29,851 nt of DNA. Source: Methanomicrobiales archaeon. Its GTDB lineage: Archaea > Halobacteriota > Methanomicrobia > Methanomicrobiales > Methanospirillaceae. The stretch covers positions 1 through 29,851 of the forward strand of contig JBAXJR010000028.1 in assembly GCA_037137755.1 (NCBI GenBank). The letters are read 5' to 3'. The notes beneath the pieces are model-generated. The model saw nothing but the letters and a program-made list of their open reading frames with translations, was not told the origin of the DNA and searched no databases. Shown piece by piece: positions 27,729-29,851 of this stretch (its first letter is position 1; each line of letters opens with the position of its first letter). The position numbers and the translations under genes are program-made.

Positions 27729-28379
27729 TTATGGCCTGGCAGGCCCGTAAAGGGAATTTTTAATGGTGACCAGCCCTTCATAGAACTCCTCCAGGTATTC
27801 ATCCATTAAAAGGCTTCCTTCCTCGAACGGGCAGTCCTCTTCAATTATTCTGTTGATCATGTCGCGGGTTGGAAGGATGATATCTATCGGGACACCCGCT
27901 TCCTTTGCACCCTGGATGAAGGCTTCACGAAAGACCCCGATACAATATGCGATCCGGTATTTGTAGATATTCCGGGTCTTTTCAAGGTACCCTTTCACAC
28001 GCCCGGTCTCAATCCGGAGGAAGTCCGCCTGGACTTTTTCATCTTTGCATTTTCCAAGCATGTACTTGTAATGTGCATACGGGTACATCTCCTCAAGTTC
28101 AGCAGGGAGGATCCCACATGTACCGAAAATAACAATATGATAGTCTGACGGTTCGAAGACGCCAGCGATTACTTTCCTGATAATCCGGTGACTGGGGCTT
28201 GCACTATAAGGTTTTCGTACGGCGCAGGGCATAAAAATTGCAATGTCCCGGGGTGAAACCTCGTATTCATCGATGATATACCGGTATGACGTTTCAAATT
28301 CAGGGAGATAAAACGGTGGACCTGTCAGGAGATCTCTGGTTTCATTTTTTTCCGGGGCCGGTTTTTCATCCTCATTCAT
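27729..28379 (-). CDS. DUF5591-domain protein (related to a domain of archaeosine synthase ArcS)
   Basis: IFMPCAVRKPYSASPSH...GILPAELEEMYPYAHY motif. Confidence 0.75.
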   Translation of the reverse strand: MNEDEKPAPEKNETRDLLTGPPFYLPEFETSYRYIIDEYEVSPRDIAIFMPCAVRKPYSASPSHRIIRKVIAGVFEPSDYHIVIFGTCGILPAELEEMYPYAHYKYMLGKCKDEKVQADFLRIETGRVKGYLEKTRNIYKYRIAYCIGVFREAFIQGAKEAGVPIDIILPTRDMINRIIEEDCPFEEGSLLMDEYLEEFYEGLVTIKNSLYGPARP

Positions 28380-28623
28380 GGTTATTCCATATCAGGTTAT
28401 CCTGGTTACCCAAGAATATAGTTCATCGGACAATACTATTAGGCCCGGACTGGCAACAGCGGATACCACGGGATGGATTCCTGGCAGGATTGTGCAGTCC
28501 CTGTAGTTACTAACTGGCACCAGGCAACCGGAAAATATGACATGGAACTGTTTGAAGGTAATGCAGAAATAAGAGCGGTTGCCCGATTTTCCCGTCAGAT
28601 CAGACCATCAATCTAGTAGTTGT

Positions 28624-28899
28624 TCAGCGTCGTATACTGAACTCCAAAAAATCTCCTGTTGCGACATCCCATTCAACCCTCAGGTGTTCAACACAGATGA
28701 CCGGATCACCGGGACCATGTAAATACCGGACGAATTGAAGAAGCGAGTCCTCGCTCCCCTCAGCAATTACCTGCACAGAACCGTCCGGTATGTTCCGGAC
28801 ATATCCGGATATACCAGTCTGTTGGGCATAATCTGCCACATAGTACCGGTATCCGACTCCCTGCACCCGGCCCCGGACATTCACAACAATACGTTTCAT
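28624..28899 (-). CDS. acyP: acylphosphatase
   Basis: VRGRVQGVGYR and GYVRNIPDGSVQVIAEG. Start is ATG 28899. Confidence 0.92.
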   Translation of the reverse strand: MKRIVVNVRGRVQGVGYRYYVADYAQQTGISGYVRNIPDGSVQVIAEGSEDSLLQFVRYLHGPGDPVICVEHLRVEWDVATGDFLEFSIRR

Positions 28900-29111
28900 T
28901 GACAGGTATGGTACAGGCTCCGCAAAATAACCCTTACTCAATGGGGCCGACACCGGTGAATTTTAACCTGTCAGCTATATGCCGTACAATGCCATTCGGG
29001 CAGCCTCACGTCACTTCCCGTTAACGAATAACTCCTAAATTATTCGCAGTTAACCGTATCATTAAATGTTCCGCGGCTGACACTAACCCAATCAAAAAAC
29101 AGGTTGGTACT

Positions 29112-29576
29112 ATGAACAAATCAGTAATCCTGGTGGGCATTGGCATTATCTGCCTGATGACCATCGCGTCATCCGGCTGCATTGGTACAACACCTGGCAG
29201 CCCTCAACCAGTACAGACATTACCGCCGGAACCTTCCGGGACACCCGTCCAGGTGGGGCATCTCGTGGTGACTGAAGAACAGAACAACTCAACGGTGAAC
29301 ATCGGGCTTAACGGCACCATAACGCTGAAACTAAAGGAAAACCCCACCACGGGGTTCCAGTGGAACCTTACAACAAGCCCGGGACTCGTCGTCACTGATG
29401 ATAAGTACATGCCCTCGGCACCGCAGCTCACGGGTTCAGGTGGAGTCCATTCATGGGATATGAAAGCAGTCCAGACCGGTACTCAGGGGATAAAGGCAGT
29501 CTACATGCGTACCTGGGAGCCAGTGACCGGCAATGAGACCATGTTCTCAATGACCGTAATCGTCACGAACACCTGA
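29112..29576 (+). CDS. chagasin-family (I42) cysteine protease inhibitor, lipoprotein
   Basis: Lipobox ASSG|C and the three chagasin loops LKENPTTGFQW, GSGG and YMRTWE. Confidence 0.9.
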   Translation: MNKSVILVGIGIICLMTIASSGCIGTTPGSPQPVQTLPPEPSGTPVQVGHLVVTEEQNNSTVNIGLNGTITLKLKENPTTGFQWNLTTSPGLVVTDDKYMPSAPQLTGSGGVHSWDMKAVQTGTQGIKAVYMRTWEPVTGNETMFSMTVIVTNT

Positions 29577-29784
29577 AAAGAAATCAATCCCAGTACTCAG
29601 ACCTCCTACTCCTTTTTTTTCTTTGAAGGTGAACCTGAAAACGGCAGACTTACATCAGAGGGTCTTAATCCGGGAGCGTCCTCACCTTAATGCTGAATGC
29701 CGCGAAGGAACGAGCATACAAAAACCGTGCCGGAAAATAAGGCGAGTGGGAACTGATTTATAATTAATGATCATAGTATCGCCT

Positions 29785-29851
29785 ATGTCTCCAAGACACA
29801 TAACAAAAGAGAGACCCATCCGTTTACGATCTCCATTGACCGGGCAGGACC
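29785..29851 (+). CDS. possible 5' end of a gene running off the right edge (MSPRHITKERPIRL...)
   Basis: ATG 29785 with TTTATAAT at 29757-29764, open to the edge. Confidence 0.35.
   Translation, partial: MSPRHITKERPIRLRSPLTGQD

Noticed and set aside
1-29851. CRISPR array, tRNA/rRNA, transposase or provirus
   Set aside because: No regularly spaced repeats, cloverleaf motifs or mobile-element proteins were seen by eye. tRNAscan-SE and Infernal were not run.

Overview
Gene-dense archaeal chromosomal window, most consistent with a Methanomicrobiales-type methanogen. This is an inference from an archaellin, an archaeal type IV pilin, COG1361 S-layer-domain proteins, a DUF2115 protein, TATA-box/leaderless starts and oligo-T terminators. 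It holds about 35 mostly accessory genes for the envelope, transport, redox and regulation. These include two S-layer-domain/ABC modules, a PKD surface protein, a nitroreductase, a YidD-like protein, an MFS exporter, an orphan CheY, an ArsR-flavodoxin pair, a dCMP deaminase, a DUF853 ATPase, an alpha/beta hydrolase, HxlR, DUF5591, acylphosphatase and a chagasin-type inhibitor. No rRNA, tRNA, CRISPR array, integrase or transposase was seen. The best sequence-level discovery is a near-identical 27-bp element with a palindromic core (ATGTAAAGTATATTTTACAT). One copy lies upstream of the S-layer/ABC/DUF2178/XRE operon and the other upstream of a separate secreted helical protein, which suggests a small XRE-controlled envelope regulon. 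Other finds are an archaellin-like gene broken by one TAA, a doubly frameshifted membrane-protein pseudogene, a prohead-protease-like orphan, a 34-bp bidirectional promoter between yidD and a Zn-ribbon gene, and several candidate operators. All family assignments come from motif recognition by eye, not from database searches.
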